This document shows positions 10,166-19,678 of a stretch of DNA of 64,000 nt, in pieces (the first letter of the stretch is position 1; the number at the start of each line of letters is the position of its first letter). The stretch is from NCBI GenBank assembly GCA_016783745.1, contig JADHVZ010000004.1, positions 3,544-67,543 of the forward strand, given 5' to 3'. Source of the DNA: Candidatus Omnitrophota bacterium (GTDB lineage: Bacteria > Omnitrophota > Gorgyraeia > JAHIPI01). A model generated the notes under the pieces. It ran no database searches, was not told where the DNA came from, and was given only the letters and a program-made list of their open reading frames with translations. Made by a program: the position numbers and the translations under genes.

Positions 10166-11733
10166 ATATTATTTTTACAAGTTCGGGGATAGGCCTGAAG
10201 GTTTTTTATTCTATACTAAGAAGGATCAAAGATCCTCTGAAGGTCGAGAAGGCAGGGTTTTATGTAGCCCATTCGATGTACTATAGCCGTTTTGTCAAAG
10301 AACATCCCGATGTCGAATCTGACTATCAGGTAGTCAAAGAGTGGGAGATCCTGGAAAGGTCAAGAAAACTAAAGCCTGATCCTGAAAAAATCAGCGCCTA
10401 TGAAAAGGCCATCGGAAACCCTACCCTTTGGGAGCCTCTTGTATGCGATCGCAGGGTCTATCTGGGGAGGCGTTGTAAAGAGAAACAGGACTATCGCCCG
10501 TCGTTTACGCATGAGGGGATGCTGGGCATCCTTCAGGCGGCGCTGGAGGAGATCGAGGGCTTATTGGATAGAGTAAAGCCCGATCTTGTTTTTTCCCTGG
10601 ACCCTACTACGTTCGGGGATTATATCATGTATCTCTTTTGCAGGGCAAGGAACATACCTATGTTTTTTTTAAGGACAACAAAGATCAAGAACTACGTTGA
10701 ATTCAACGACGGCATGTTCGGCTGTTCCTCGCATATCTATAGGATGTTTCAGGAATATGAAAGAAATAACGCCTATGACAGGTGGGTAAAGGAAGCCGAA
10801 GCGTATCTGGAGGAAACTAGAAATAAGGATTCAAGGTATGAGGGGATGGTGCTTGTTTCACCCGAGAGAAAAAAAGAAGACCCGCCGGCCGGTATCGCGA
10901 GATCTCTCATAAGGGGATTGATGAGTGAGGCGGATTATCTCCTGAAATACAAGAGAGACAGCCACATCCCGGGTATCTTTATACCGTTCGCGTATCAAAA
11001 GTTTATTCTGCCTTTTAAGGCAAGGCTTCAACACCTGCGGTATTCGAGGTATTACGTGACAGAGAACAGGCTTGATTCCTTGAATTTCGCCTTTTATCCT
11101 CTCCAGTCTGAGCCGGAGATCTCGTCCTTGATCTGGGGTAAATCCTATATGAACCAGATAGAGACGATCAGAAATATTGCCCGAAGCCTTCCGGTTGGGA
11201 TGAAGCTTTTAGTAAAGGAACACCCCCGCGCCGTGGGGTATCGATCCTTCGGATATTACAAAAAGATTTTGCAAATACCTAATACCATGCTTATTTCTCC
11301 GTATGTAAAGGCGAGGCCTGTGATCAAGAGGGCTAAAGCCATTATTTCCATAGCTACTTTTGTGGCATTTGAGGCTGTAATACACAGGGTACCTTCGATA
11401 ATGCTGGGTGGGCCGCGGCCGTTTTCTATTTTACCGGATTCGATGATGCGTTACGTCCATAGCATGAATGACCTTGCCGCGGAGATCAACGGACTTTTAA
11501 GAGATTATGAATATAAAGAAAGGCCCCTCATTCATTATATCGCGGCTACCATGCGCGGGTCAGTGCCCGTTAATTACTTTACGACCATGTTAAAGAAGAA
11601 AAGCCGCTACGTTGGTTCAGCCAGCTGTGAATTTGAGGAGGAGATCGAGAAGTTGTCCCATTACACGATTCAAAGGGTCAAAGAAGTCATGGAAGCCAGA
11701 GAAGTTAAAGAAGCCAGAGAAGTGCTGTCATGA
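10162..11733 (+). CDS. KpsS/Capsule_synth-like protein, probable CMP-ulosonate transferase
   Basis: FYPLQSEPE and VKEHP motifs typical of KpsS/KpsC-like GT-B proteins; neu context. Confidence 0.65.
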   Translation: MNIIFTSSGIGLKVFYSILRRIKDPLKVEKAGFYVAHSMYYSRFVKEHPDVESDYQVVKEWEILERSRKLKPDPEKISAYEKAIGNPTLWEPLVCDRRVYLGRRCKEKQDYRPSFTHEGMLGILQAALEEIEGLLDRVKPDLVFSLDPTTFGDYIMYLFCRARNIPMFFLRTTKIKNYVEFNDGMFGCSSHIYRMFQEYERNNAYDRWVKEAEAYLEETRNKDSRYEGMVLVSPERKKEDPPAGIARSLIRGLMSEADYLLKYKRDSHIPGIFIPFAYQKFILPFKARLQHLRYSRYYVTENRLDSLNFAFYPLQSEPEISSLIWGKSYMNQIETIRNIARSLPVGMKLLVKEHPRAVGYRSFGYYKKILQIPNTMLISPYVKARPVIKRAKAIISIATFVAFEAVIHRVPSIMLGGPRPFSILPDSMMRYVHSMNDLAAEINGLLRDYEYKERPLIHYIAATMRGSVPVNYFTTMLKKKSRYVGSASCEFEEEIEKLSHYTIQRVKEVMEAREVKEAREVLS

Positions 11734-12707
11734 AGAAGATCCTTATAACAGGCGGATGCGGGTTTATCGGAACGAATCTCATTGCCCGGCTGCTGAAGGA
11801 AAAAGACAGGCTGTTTATACGCGTTCTGGATAATCTGTCTGTTGGGACAGAAAAGGCGTTTGAGGACGTTTGCTCAGCTGATCCCGCTCCGGATGCGGAG
11901 CTTATCATAGGAGATATCCGCGATATTAAGGCCTGCATAAGGTGCTGTGAGGGGATTGATACTCTCGTGCATCTGGCCGCGGATACAGGAGTTGCCCCTT
12001 CCGTCGAAAATCCCCGCGTGGATATGGAAGTCAATGTCATCGGCACAGTCAATCTTCTAGAGGCGATGCGTGAGCGCGGAGTCGAAAGATTTATTTTCGC
12101 TTCAAGCGGAGCTCCGCTGGGTGAGGCCAAACTGCCGATCTGTGAGGAAAGCGCGCCAAAGCCGGTATCCCCGTATGGCGCAAGCAAACTGGCAGGGGAA
12201 GGATATTGTTCCGCGTATTATAGGACGTACGGCATAAAAACATTTACTTTGCGGTTCAGCAATGTGTACGGGCCGCGGTCTTTTCATAAGCAAAGTGTTG
12301 TCGCCAGGTTTATCAGGAGCGCGCTGGAAGGCAAGGCCATTGAGGTTTACGGCGATGGCAATCAGACGAGGGATTTCATACATGTTGATGACCTTGTTCA
12401 AGCAATAGTCCTGGCCGCCGGCGCAGAGGCCGGAGGAGAGGTTTTTCAGATAGCGACAAGCCGGGAAACAACTATAAGCGAGATAGCGTCACGTATTGAA
12501 AAGATAATCGAAGCGAAGGTAGGCATGACCACGGATATCGCTTATACCGGTTCCAGGCGCGGCGACGTAAGAAGAAATTTCTCAGATATTTCTAAGGCGA
12601 AGAAAATATTGGGGTTTGCCCCGTGTGTGGATTTGGCAGAGGGGCTGGAACGCACAGTCAACTGGTTTATCAGTGAGGGTGCCCCTATAGGAGAAAAAAG
12701 TGAGTAG
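11730..12707 (+). CDS. NAD-dependent nucleotide-sugar epimerase/dehydratase
   Basis: TGGCGFIG, HLAA, YGASK, GDGNQTRDFIHV. Confidence 0.9.
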   Translation: MKKILITGGCGFIGTNLIARLLKEKDRLFIRVLDNLSVGTEKAFEDVCSADPAPDAELIIGDIRDIKACIRCCEGIDTLVHLAADTGVAPSVENPRVDMEVNVIGTVNLLEAMRERGVERFIFASSGAPLGEAKLPICEESAPKPVSPYGASKLAGEGYCSAYYRTYGIKTFTLRFSNVYGPRSFHKQSVVARFIRSALEGKAIEVYGDGNQTRDFIHVDDLVQAIVLAAGAEAGGEVFQIATSRETTISEIASRIEKIIEAKVGMTTDIAYTGSRRGDVRRNFSDISKAKKILGFAPCVDLAEGLERTVNWFISEGAPIGEKSE

Positions 12708-14094
12708 TAAAGCCGGTATAAAAGTAAGTGTTATAATAACCGCGCGTAATTACGGGCAATATCTCAGCCAGTGCATAGACAGCGTCCTTAGTCAGAAATA
12801 CACATTTTATGAGATCATAGCGGTAAACGACGGAAGTACGGACAATACCGCGGAGATACTCGAAGGTTATCGCGCAAAACACCCCGATAGAATAAAAGTA
12901 ATCACCCTGGCAGGCGCAGGGCTGGCGAAGGCATGCAACGCCGGTATACGGAATTCAAGCGGGGAATACATAATCCGGCTGGACGCCGACGATTATTTTG
13001 ACGAGAACATCCTGCTCGTAGAAGCGAATATCCTTGATAATAATCCGGATGTCCACCTTGTTTACACGGACTATTACCGGATCGACAAACACGGAGGGAT
13101 CATAGATTCATACCGCCTTCCCAAAGTGAATGACGAAGTAGAGCTTCTGGACAGAAGCCCTCTGGCTGGCGGCGCCATGTTCCGGCGGGAATGCTACGAG
13201 GCGATCGGCGGATATAGCGAGGAGCTGCGCTATCAGGAAGATTATGATTTTTGGATACGTTTCATAGATAGGTTTAAGGTATATAACGTAAACCTGCCCC
13301 TCATGTATTATCGCAGGCACAGCGCGAGCATGTCGAACAATTTCGATGAGCGGATGAAGGCGCGCCAGTATGTAAAGAAAAAGTTTGTGGATGAGAAAGG
13401 GTACCGAAAGAATAAAAAGATTTTTGCCGTTATTCCCGCTATGGGGCATTTCAGGGGCCACGAGAAACTGGCGCTTAGAAAGCTAAACGGCAGGCCTCTG
13501 ATCGCATATACGATCGAGCAGGCATTGAAAACAAAATTGATAGCCAGGGTAATCGTCTCGACAGAGGACGAAGAGGTAGCAAATACAGCGACGGAATTGG
13601 GAGCGGACGTTCCTTTTCTGCGGCCTCAGGAATTGGCCAGGACGAGCGTAGGTGTGGATGAGGTGCTGCGGCACATGGTCGGAGTGTGGCGGGAGAGTGG
13701 CGAAGCCGTACCCGATCTGATCGTAGTCCTGCCGTATATAGCTGTGTTTCAGAAAGAACGGCACATAACCGAAGCAATAGACACTGTTTTGCTTCATGAT
13801 ACTGACTCGGTCATAGGCGTAACGACCGACCTTACCTTTCATTGGAAGCCCGGTAAATACGGGTTGGAACCGGTCGGCTACCATAAGCGCCTGTTGAGAG
13901 AAGACAGGGAGACCGTTTATAAAGAAACCGCGTCGATCTATGTTCTAAAGACGGCAATAGTGGAGGCAGGCGGCTATCTGGGGGAACAAATAGGGCATAT
14001 TGAGATGTCCCTCCGAGACGCGTGGCGCATCCAGAGCGACTTTGATTTTTTGGTAGCTGAGAAGATATTGGAAGAGGCGGTATACAAAGAATGA
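12700..14094 (+). CDS. GT2 glycosyltransferase fused to a degenerate NeuA-like cytidylyltransferase domain
   Basis: VNDGSTD, RLDADD, EDYDFW; C-half VIPAMGHFRG...RPLIAYTIE...VSTED...FLRP. Confidence 0.85.
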   Translation: MSSKAGIKVSVIITARNYGQYLSQCIDSVLSQKYTFYEIIAVNDGSTDNTAEILEGYRAKHPDRIKVITLAGAGLAKACNAGIRNSSGEYIIRLDADDYFDENILLVEANILDNNPDVHLVYTDYYRIDKHGGIIDSYRLPKVNDEVELLDRSPLAGGAMFRRECYEAIGGYSEELRYQEDYDFWIRFIDRFKVYNVNLPLMYYRRHSASMSNNFDERMKARQYVKKKFVDEKGYRKNKKIFAVIPAMGHFRGHEKLALRKLNGRPLIAYTIEQALKTKLIARVIVSTEDEEVANTATELGADVPFLRPQELARTSVGVDEVLRHMVGVWRESGEAVPDLIVVLPYIAVFQKERHITEAIDTVLLHDTDSVIGVTTDLTFHWKPGKYGLEPVGYHKRLLREDRETVYKETASIYVLKTAIVEAGGYLGEQIGHIEMSLRDAWRIQSDFDFLVAEKILEEAVYKE

Positions 14095-15086
14095 TGAAGA
14101 TGACCAGTCTTACGGATAAGACCGGGCTTAATGCCAGGCTCAGGAATGTCAGAAAGCGCGGTTTTAAACCGCGCTACTGGTGGTACCGTTTCAAGTGGAA
14201 TTATTATCCGCGATTGAGGCTGGCAAATCCAGTACCGCTCCACGTCGATATTGAATCCACGGATGCCTGTAATCTTAGATGCGCGATGTGTATACACGGC
14301 CAGGGCGGGGTAAAGGAGACCGGCTTCATCAAGCCCGAGCTTACTTATAAAGCGATCGACCAGTGCGCGGAGCTGGGTGTCTACTCGATAAAGTTCAACT
14401 ATCGCGGTGAACCTTTACTGCATAAAAACCTGGCGGATTTCGTGAAGTACGCTAAACAGAGGGGCATAATGGAGGTCCAGTTCAATACAAACGGCCTTCC
14501 CGTAAGCGAAGTTGAGATTGAAGCGTTGATAAAGGCAGGGCTCGACCGTATTATATTCTCGGTTGACGGCGCTAAGAAGGAAACGTATGAGAGGGTCCGA
14601 ATCGGCGGGAGTTATGAAAGATTACTTAAGAATATAGATACGTTTCTTGAAATCAAAAGAAGGGACGGTTTGAAGAAGCCTTTCATCCGGGTTCAGATGG
14701 TAAAAGATCCCGGAGGGGAAAAAGAGGCCAGGCAGTTTATAGAGTTCTGGACGCGGAAAGGCGTGGATAATATTGCGGTCATCAACAAGCAGGACAGGGA
14801 CAACAGGGGTGGCGCCCCGCTTAAAGACGGTAAAAGGCCCCTGGGCAGGACCTTCTGCGACCAGCCCTGGCAGAGGTTGGTTGTGACCAGGGACGGCAAG
14901 GTATTGATGTGCTGCGGAGATTGGTACAGAAAAACGGTAATAGGGGATTTAAATAAGGAAAGCTTGAAACAGATATGGCACAGTGAATTATTGAGAGGAC
15001 ATCGCTCTATGATCGCCAGAGGCCTTCTTGCGGATATCGCGGCCTGCAAGACCTGTTTCAGGCCGACAACATATAAGTGGGATTGA
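14091..15086 (+). CDS. Radical SAM protein with SPASM/twitch domain
   Basis: CNLRCAMC, GEPLL, TNG, CDQPW...DGKVLMCC...CKTC. Confidence 0.9.
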   Translation: MMKMTSLTDKTGLNARLRNVRKRGFKPRYWWYRFKWNYYPRLRLANPVPLHVDIESTDACNLRCAMCIHGQGGVKETGFIKPELTYKAIDQCAELGVYSIKFNYRGEPLLHKNLADFVKYAKQRGIMEVQFNTNGLPVSEVEIEALIKAGLDRIIFSVDGAKKETYERVRIGGSYERLLKNIDTFLEIKRRDGLKKPFIRVQMVKDPGGEKEARQFIEFWTRKGVDNIAVINKQDRDNRGGAPLKDGKRPLGRTFCDQPWQRLVVTRDGKVLMCCGDWYRKTVIGDLNKESLKQIWHSELLRGHRSMIARGLLADIAACKTCFRPTTYKWD

Positions 15087-15087
15087 A

Positions 15088-16101
15088 GTGAATATAAAGG
15101 GACGTGAAATAAAGCCATATACGTCTATATTTGTGATCGCGGAAACGGCCTCAAGCCACGAAGGAAGGGTTGATATCGCCAAAAAGATGGCCGATGCCGC
15201 AGCCGCAGCGGGAGCCGATGCCATTAAGTTTCAGATGCTGGATGCCGACAGCCTGCTTGTGCCGGGGCATCATAAATATAAAAGCTTCAAAGAGATCCAA
15301 TTTTCGGAGCGGGAGTGGAGGGACATCATTGCTTATGCCAGGTCCACAGGATTATGCATTATTGCCGAGATATTTGACGATAAGAGCTTTGTGCTGGCCG
15401 AGCAGTTGAATATTGATATCTACAAGGTTCCTACTTCGGACCTGACAAATCCGTTCCTACTGTCCGGCATGGCGGCCAGTGGAAAGTTTGTCATTCTATC
15501 AGTCGGCTCTGCCACAGAAGCCGAAATCGAGTTCGCGGTTAAGGCGTTCGAGTCTAAAGGTAATAAAAATTTAGCCTTGATGCACGGTTTTCAAAACTTT
15601 CCGACAAAAATCGAGGATACGAAATTCAGACTTCTGGACTTTTTGAAGAGAAGGTACCCCTACTATATAGGGTTCGCGGATCATGTAGACGCGGAAAGCG
15701 AACTCGCGCTGGTTTTGCCGGCGGCCGCAATCGGATACGGGGCGAGTATTATCGAAAAACATATCACCTTGGACCGCTCCTTAAAAAAGAGGGATTATTA
15801 TTCGGCGCTTGATCCCCGGGAATTTTCCCGCATGGTGGGCCTGATAAGGGGCGTTGAGAAGGCATACGGTTCTCCGGGGTCAGGGCATTCTCCCGCGGAG
15901 GCCGCATACAGGAAATTAATGAAGAAAAAGATAGTCGCGGGCCGCAATATCGCAAAAGGGCAGATGATCCGCATGGAAGATATTATGTTTAGAAGGACGG
16001 ACGAAGACGGTTTGATCCCTGGCGAATATCAAAAGATCTTGCGGCAGGCAAAAAAAATTATGCCCGAGTATTCCGTGATAAGGGAAGAAGATGTCGATTA
16101 A
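15088..16101 (+). CDS. neuB: NeuB-family synthase #2 (divergent) with SAF domain
   Basis: IAETASSHEG, ADAIKFQ, GFADH, IEKHITLDR; GTG 15088 just after the previous stop is the likely start. Confidence 0.85.
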   Translation: MNIKGREIKPYTSIFVIAETASSHEGRVDIAKKMADAAAAAGADAIKFQMLDADSLLVPGHHKYKSFKEIQFSEREWRDIIAYARSTGLCIIAEIFDDKSFVLAEQLNIDIYKVPTSDLTNPFLLSGMAASGKFVILSVGSATEAEIEFAVKAFESKGNKNLALMHGFQNFPTKIEDTKFRLLDFLKRRYPYYIGFADHVDAESELALVLPAAAIGYGASIIEKHITLDRSLKKRDYYSALDPREFSRMVGLIRGVEKAYGSPGSGHSPAEAAYRKLMKKKIVAGRNIAKGQMIRMEDIMFRRTDEDGLIPGEYQKILRQAKKIMPEYSVIREEDVD

Positions 16102-16855
16102 TCCAAAAATAGTCAGTTTGGTCGCCGTGAGGATGAAGTCCGTCAGGCTTCCGGGCAAGGCGCTGCTGCCTCTGTGCGGCAGGCCTGTTCTATGGCATTT
16201 GATGGGCCGCATTCTAAGGGCAAGGCTTCCCGGTAAGGCAGTCATCTGCACTTCGACACTTGAAGAAGACGATCCTATCGAGACATTCGCCGAACAGAAT
16301 GATTTCGACCTTTTTAGGGGGCATCCGGATAACGTCCTGCTGCGTTTTGCGGAGGCCGGCGAAAAATACAGAGCCGGACATATCGTAAGAATAACAGGAG
16401 ACAACCCCCTTACGGATCCGTACCTTATCGATGAGATGGCACGGCTTCACATCGCGGAACAGGCAGATTATACCTTTACGGAGGATCCGCCGCGGGGCAC
16501 AAGGCCCGAGATCATCTCGATGGCGGCAATAAAAAGGTGCCTGGAGCTGGCGGAAGAACCCGACAACAGCGAGTACATGACGCTATATTTCAAAGATTAC
16601 CCCGGGGTATTCAGGAATATAAAATATTCATGCCCTCAGAGCTATTGCCGCCCGGATTACCTGGTAACAATTGATACGCCGGAAGATCTTGAGGTTGTAA
16701 AAAGAATCTATTCCTCTCTCTACAACAAAAATAATGAATTCACATTAAGAGAGGTTATAGATTTTTTAGATTCAAGACCTGAGATCGATCACGCCGGCAG
16801 AATAAATGACCCGGCAGAATCGTTTAAAGTGAATACAGGACTTAAGGCGCTATGA
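16091..16855 (+). CDS. SpsF/KdsB-like cytidylyltransferase
   Basis: VRMKSVRLPGKAL, VRITGDNP, TIDTPED. Confidence 0.85.
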   Translation: MSINPKIVSLVAVRMKSVRLPGKALLPLCGRPVLWHLMGRILRARLPGKAVICTSTLEEDDPIETFAEQNDFDLFRGHPDNVLLRFAEAGEKYRAGHIVRITGDNPLTDPYLIDEMARLHIAEQADYTFTEDPPRGTRPEIISMAAIKRCLELAEEPDNSEYMTLYFKDYPGVFRNIKYSCPQSYCRPDYLVTIDTPEDLEVVKRIYSSLYNKNNEFTLREVIDFLDSRPEIDHAGRINDPAESFKVNTGLKAL

Positions 16856-17595
16856 AGGCATTATGCGTGATCCCGGCCAGAGGCGGCTCTAAAGGCATAC
16901 CGGGTAAGAATATCAGGCTGGTGGACGGCAAGCCGCTGATCGGGTTTGTCATCGAAGCTGTCGTGCGATCGGGTGTTTTTGATAAGGCTATTGTATCAAC
17001 GGACTCGGCAGAGATAGCGGATATCGTCAATAGATATTATCCCGAAATCGATGTACCTTTTATCAGGCCCGCAGAACTTGCCGGGGATGATGTGCCTGTT
17101 ACGGCAGTGATAAAACACGCTGTTGATTTTTATGAAAAAGAAGATTTTGGACTCGTATTTTCAGTACAGTCGACAAACCCATTTACGAGGCCTGAGACAT
17201 TGACCGGCATGCTGGATATCATGAATGGGGATAAGTGTGATTCTATAGTGACCATTGCAAAAATACTTCATTTGCATCCGTTTCGTTCTTACCGGTACGA
17301 CTCAGAGACGATGCGGATCTCCCCGCTTACGCAGTACACAAAGGAGTTATTTCTGCAGAAGCAGGACAGGCCGGACGCTTACGGCTTGACCGGCGGAGTA
17401 CTTGGCCGCAGATCTCGATTGATCAAAGAGTGGGCCGGCAAAGGACTTGCCCTCGGAGAAGATCAACGGGGATATGTGGTCCAAGAGGAAGAGGCATTTG
17501 ACCTGGATACGCCTTTTGAGATGAACCTCTTTGAGAGCTTGATTTCCGCCAGAAGCGCAAAGGCAGCCATGGCAATGGAGGAAGGCCGACGATGA
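16852..17595 (+). CDS. neuA: CMP-nonulosonate synthetase paralogue
   Basis: IPARGGSKGIPGKN, VSTDS, QSTNP, DLDT. Confidence 0.88.
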   Translation: MKALCVIPARGGSKGIPGKNIRLVDGKPLIGFVIEAVVRSGVFDKAIVSTDSAEIADIVNRYYPEIDVPFIRPAELAGDDVPVTAVIKHAVDFYEKEDFGLVFSVQSTNPFTRPETLTGMLDIMNGDKCDSIVTIAKILHLHPFRSYRYDSETMRISPLTQYTKELFLQKQDRPDAYGLTGGVLGRRSRLIKEWAGKGLALGEDQRGYVVQEEEAFDLDTPFEMNLFESLISARSAKAAMAMEEGRR

Positions 17596-18626
17596 AAGGC
17601 CTGAAGTTATATTCGACTACCGGAAGAAAGCATCTATATCTGCTGAATGAAGAAACAGACCGTATAATGGTGGATGCTGTCGGCAGAGAATACCTGAAAT
17701 ACAGAGAGATATGGGAGAAGGTCACAAAGGCAGAGCTGGAGCCCGATTTTCCGCCGCAGATCGATTTTGAGCTTAGTACCACTTGCAACTATTTTTGCCC
17801 CATGTGCCCGGCGGAACTGCGGGCGCCCGGCTCAAAAATGAAATGCATGGATTATTCATTATATACAAAGGTATTGAGCGACGGTTTTAAAAATGGGCTG
17901 AAATCCGTGGAATTAAATTATGTAAATGAGCCCCTTATGCTGAGGGACATAGCAAGATTCATCTCATACGCAAGGGAGGCCGGCGCTTTGGATGTACTTC
18001 TCAATTCAAACGGGAGCCTCTTGACAGAGGAGATGTCCGAAAAAATCATCTCAGCCGGCCTGACCAAGCTCTCGATATCCCTTGAGGCGGTAACCGAAGC
18101 TACATACGGCAAAATAAGGTACGGAGGAAATTTCGGCAAAGTCGTCAATAACGTCTTAAAATTTATTGAAATCAGAAAGGCTATGGGGAAGAGATTACCG
18201 TTACTCAAGCTGACGTATCTCATGACTAAGGTGAATGTCCATGAGTTCGACGAATATATCGAATACTGGAAGGACAAGGCCGATCTGATCTCTATTCAAA
18301 ACCTCACTAACCCGCTTGAGGGAGAACGCCGGCAAAAACTAGAAGACCTTTTCGCCATAGACGGTATCAAATTAGATTCCGACGAAGCCTTCAAGTGTGT
18401 CTTGCCGCTGCAAAGAATGGTGGTGAGGCATGACGGTACTGTTTTGGCCTGCTGCCATTTCAGGGGGATCGGACTTGTTCTCGGAAACGTAAAAGAACAG
18501 AACATAGTTGATATTTATCACAGCGGTTTTGCCGCAAGGATAAGACGGCTATTAATGGCCGGGGAATATGCAAAGATACCTGTCTGTAAGAGGTGCGTTG
18601 AGAATTCCCGGCTGGCAAATTACTGA
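17592..18626 (+). CDS. Radical SAM protein with SPASM/twitch domain
   Basis: CNYFCPMC, NEPL, CVLPL...DGTVLACC...CKRC. Confidence 0.9.
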   Translation: MKGLKLYSTTGRKHLYLLNEETDRIMVDAVGREYLKYREIWEKVTKAELEPDFPPQIDFELSTTCNYFCPMCPAELRAPGSKMKCMDYSLYTKVLSDGFKNGLKSVELNYVNEPLMLRDIARFISYAREAGALDVLLNSNGSLLTEEMSEKIISAGLTKLSISLEAVTEATYGKIRYGGNFGKVVNNVLKFIEIRKAMGKRLPLLKLTYLMTKVNVHEFDEYIEYWKDKADLISIQNLTNPLEGERRQKLEDLFAIDGIKLDSDEAFKCVLPLQRMVVRHDGTVLACCHFRGIGLVLGNVKEQNIVDIYHSGFAARIRRLLMAGEYAKIPVCKRCVENSRLANY

Positions 18627-18653
18627 CCGATCGAATTATTTTTTATGTGAGGT

Positions 18654-19664
18654 ATGATGAATACCGCCCGAAATCACAAGATCTACGTTATCGCGGAAAT
18701 CGGCAGCAACCATAACGGCGATTTCGCCAAGGCCAGGGAGATGGTGTCTGCCGCGAAAGAAGCAGGCGCCGATGCCGTAAAATTCCAGACTTATATACCC
18801 GAAAAACTGTGCCACTCCTCTCAAGCACCGCTCCCCATCTTAAAAGATAGATATAAGAATCAGCAGGAACGGTTCCGAGAACTCACATTCACGGAACCGC
18901 AATACCGCGAACTGAAGGCCCTTGCCGATAAGCTGGGAATAGATTTTGCCTCCTCGCCTTTTGATATTGAGAGCGCGCTTATGCTGGAGCCCCTTGTGTC
19001 TTTTTACAAAATCGCCTCGGGAGATATAAACAATGTACAGCTTATAGATAGGGTCGCAAGGACGGGTAAGTCAGTTCTCATATCTACCGGCATGTCGACG
19101 CTTGAAGAGGTTGACAGGATCTATCAAAGTGTTGACCATAATAAACTGGCAATACTTCACTGTGTCTCGTTATATCCGGCGGACGGGGATAAGCTTAATT
19201 TGATGACCATACCCTTCCTAAAAGAGAGATATCCTGATATTGCGATCGGATATTCAGACCACCATCCGGGTATCGATGCCTGTTTATATGCGGCGGTTCT
19301 GGGGGCACAGATTATCGAGAAGCATTTTACGTTTGATAAGTCTATTTGCTACGGAGACCATGCGCTATCGGCAGATTACCGGGATATGCGCCGAATGGCG
19401 AGGGAGATAAAAGCGATTTCCGGGATGCTCGGCCAAAAAGATTTTCGTCACGGCGAAGAGGAATTACAAAACCGGCGTTTCTTCAGACGCGGATTGTACA
19501 CTGCCCGCGAATTGAATGCGGGCGAGAAGATTCGGCCAAGCGATATCGTGCCGCTCCGGCCGCCTGCTTCAATCAATATTTACGAGATTGAAAAAGTGAT
19601 AGGCATGACCGTGAAGCGCCCTTTAGAAAAAGAGACACCCATCTCATGGGAAGACCTGGAATAG
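18654..19664 (+). CDS. neuB: NeuB-family synthase #3 with SAF domain
   Basis: IAEIGSNHNGD, KIASGD, STGM, GYSDH, IEKHFT, DHALS. Confidence 0.92.
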   Translation: MMNTARNHKIYVIAEIGSNHNGDFAKAREMVSAAKEAGADAVKFQTYIPEKLCHSSQAPLPILKDRYKNQQERFRELTFTEPQYRELKALADKLGIDFASSPFDIESALMLEPLVSFYKIASGDINNVQLIDRVARTGKSVLISTGMSTLEEVDRIYQSVDHNKLAILHCVSLYPADGDKLNLMTIPFLKERYPDIAIGYSDHHPGIDACLYAAVLGAQIIEKHFTFDKSICYGDHALSADYRDMRRMAREIKAISGMLGQKDFRHGEEELQNRRFFRRGLYTARELNAGEKIRPSDIVPLRPPASINIYEIEKVIGMTVKRPLEKETPISWEDLE

Positions 19665-19678
19665 ATTGTAAGTGATAT

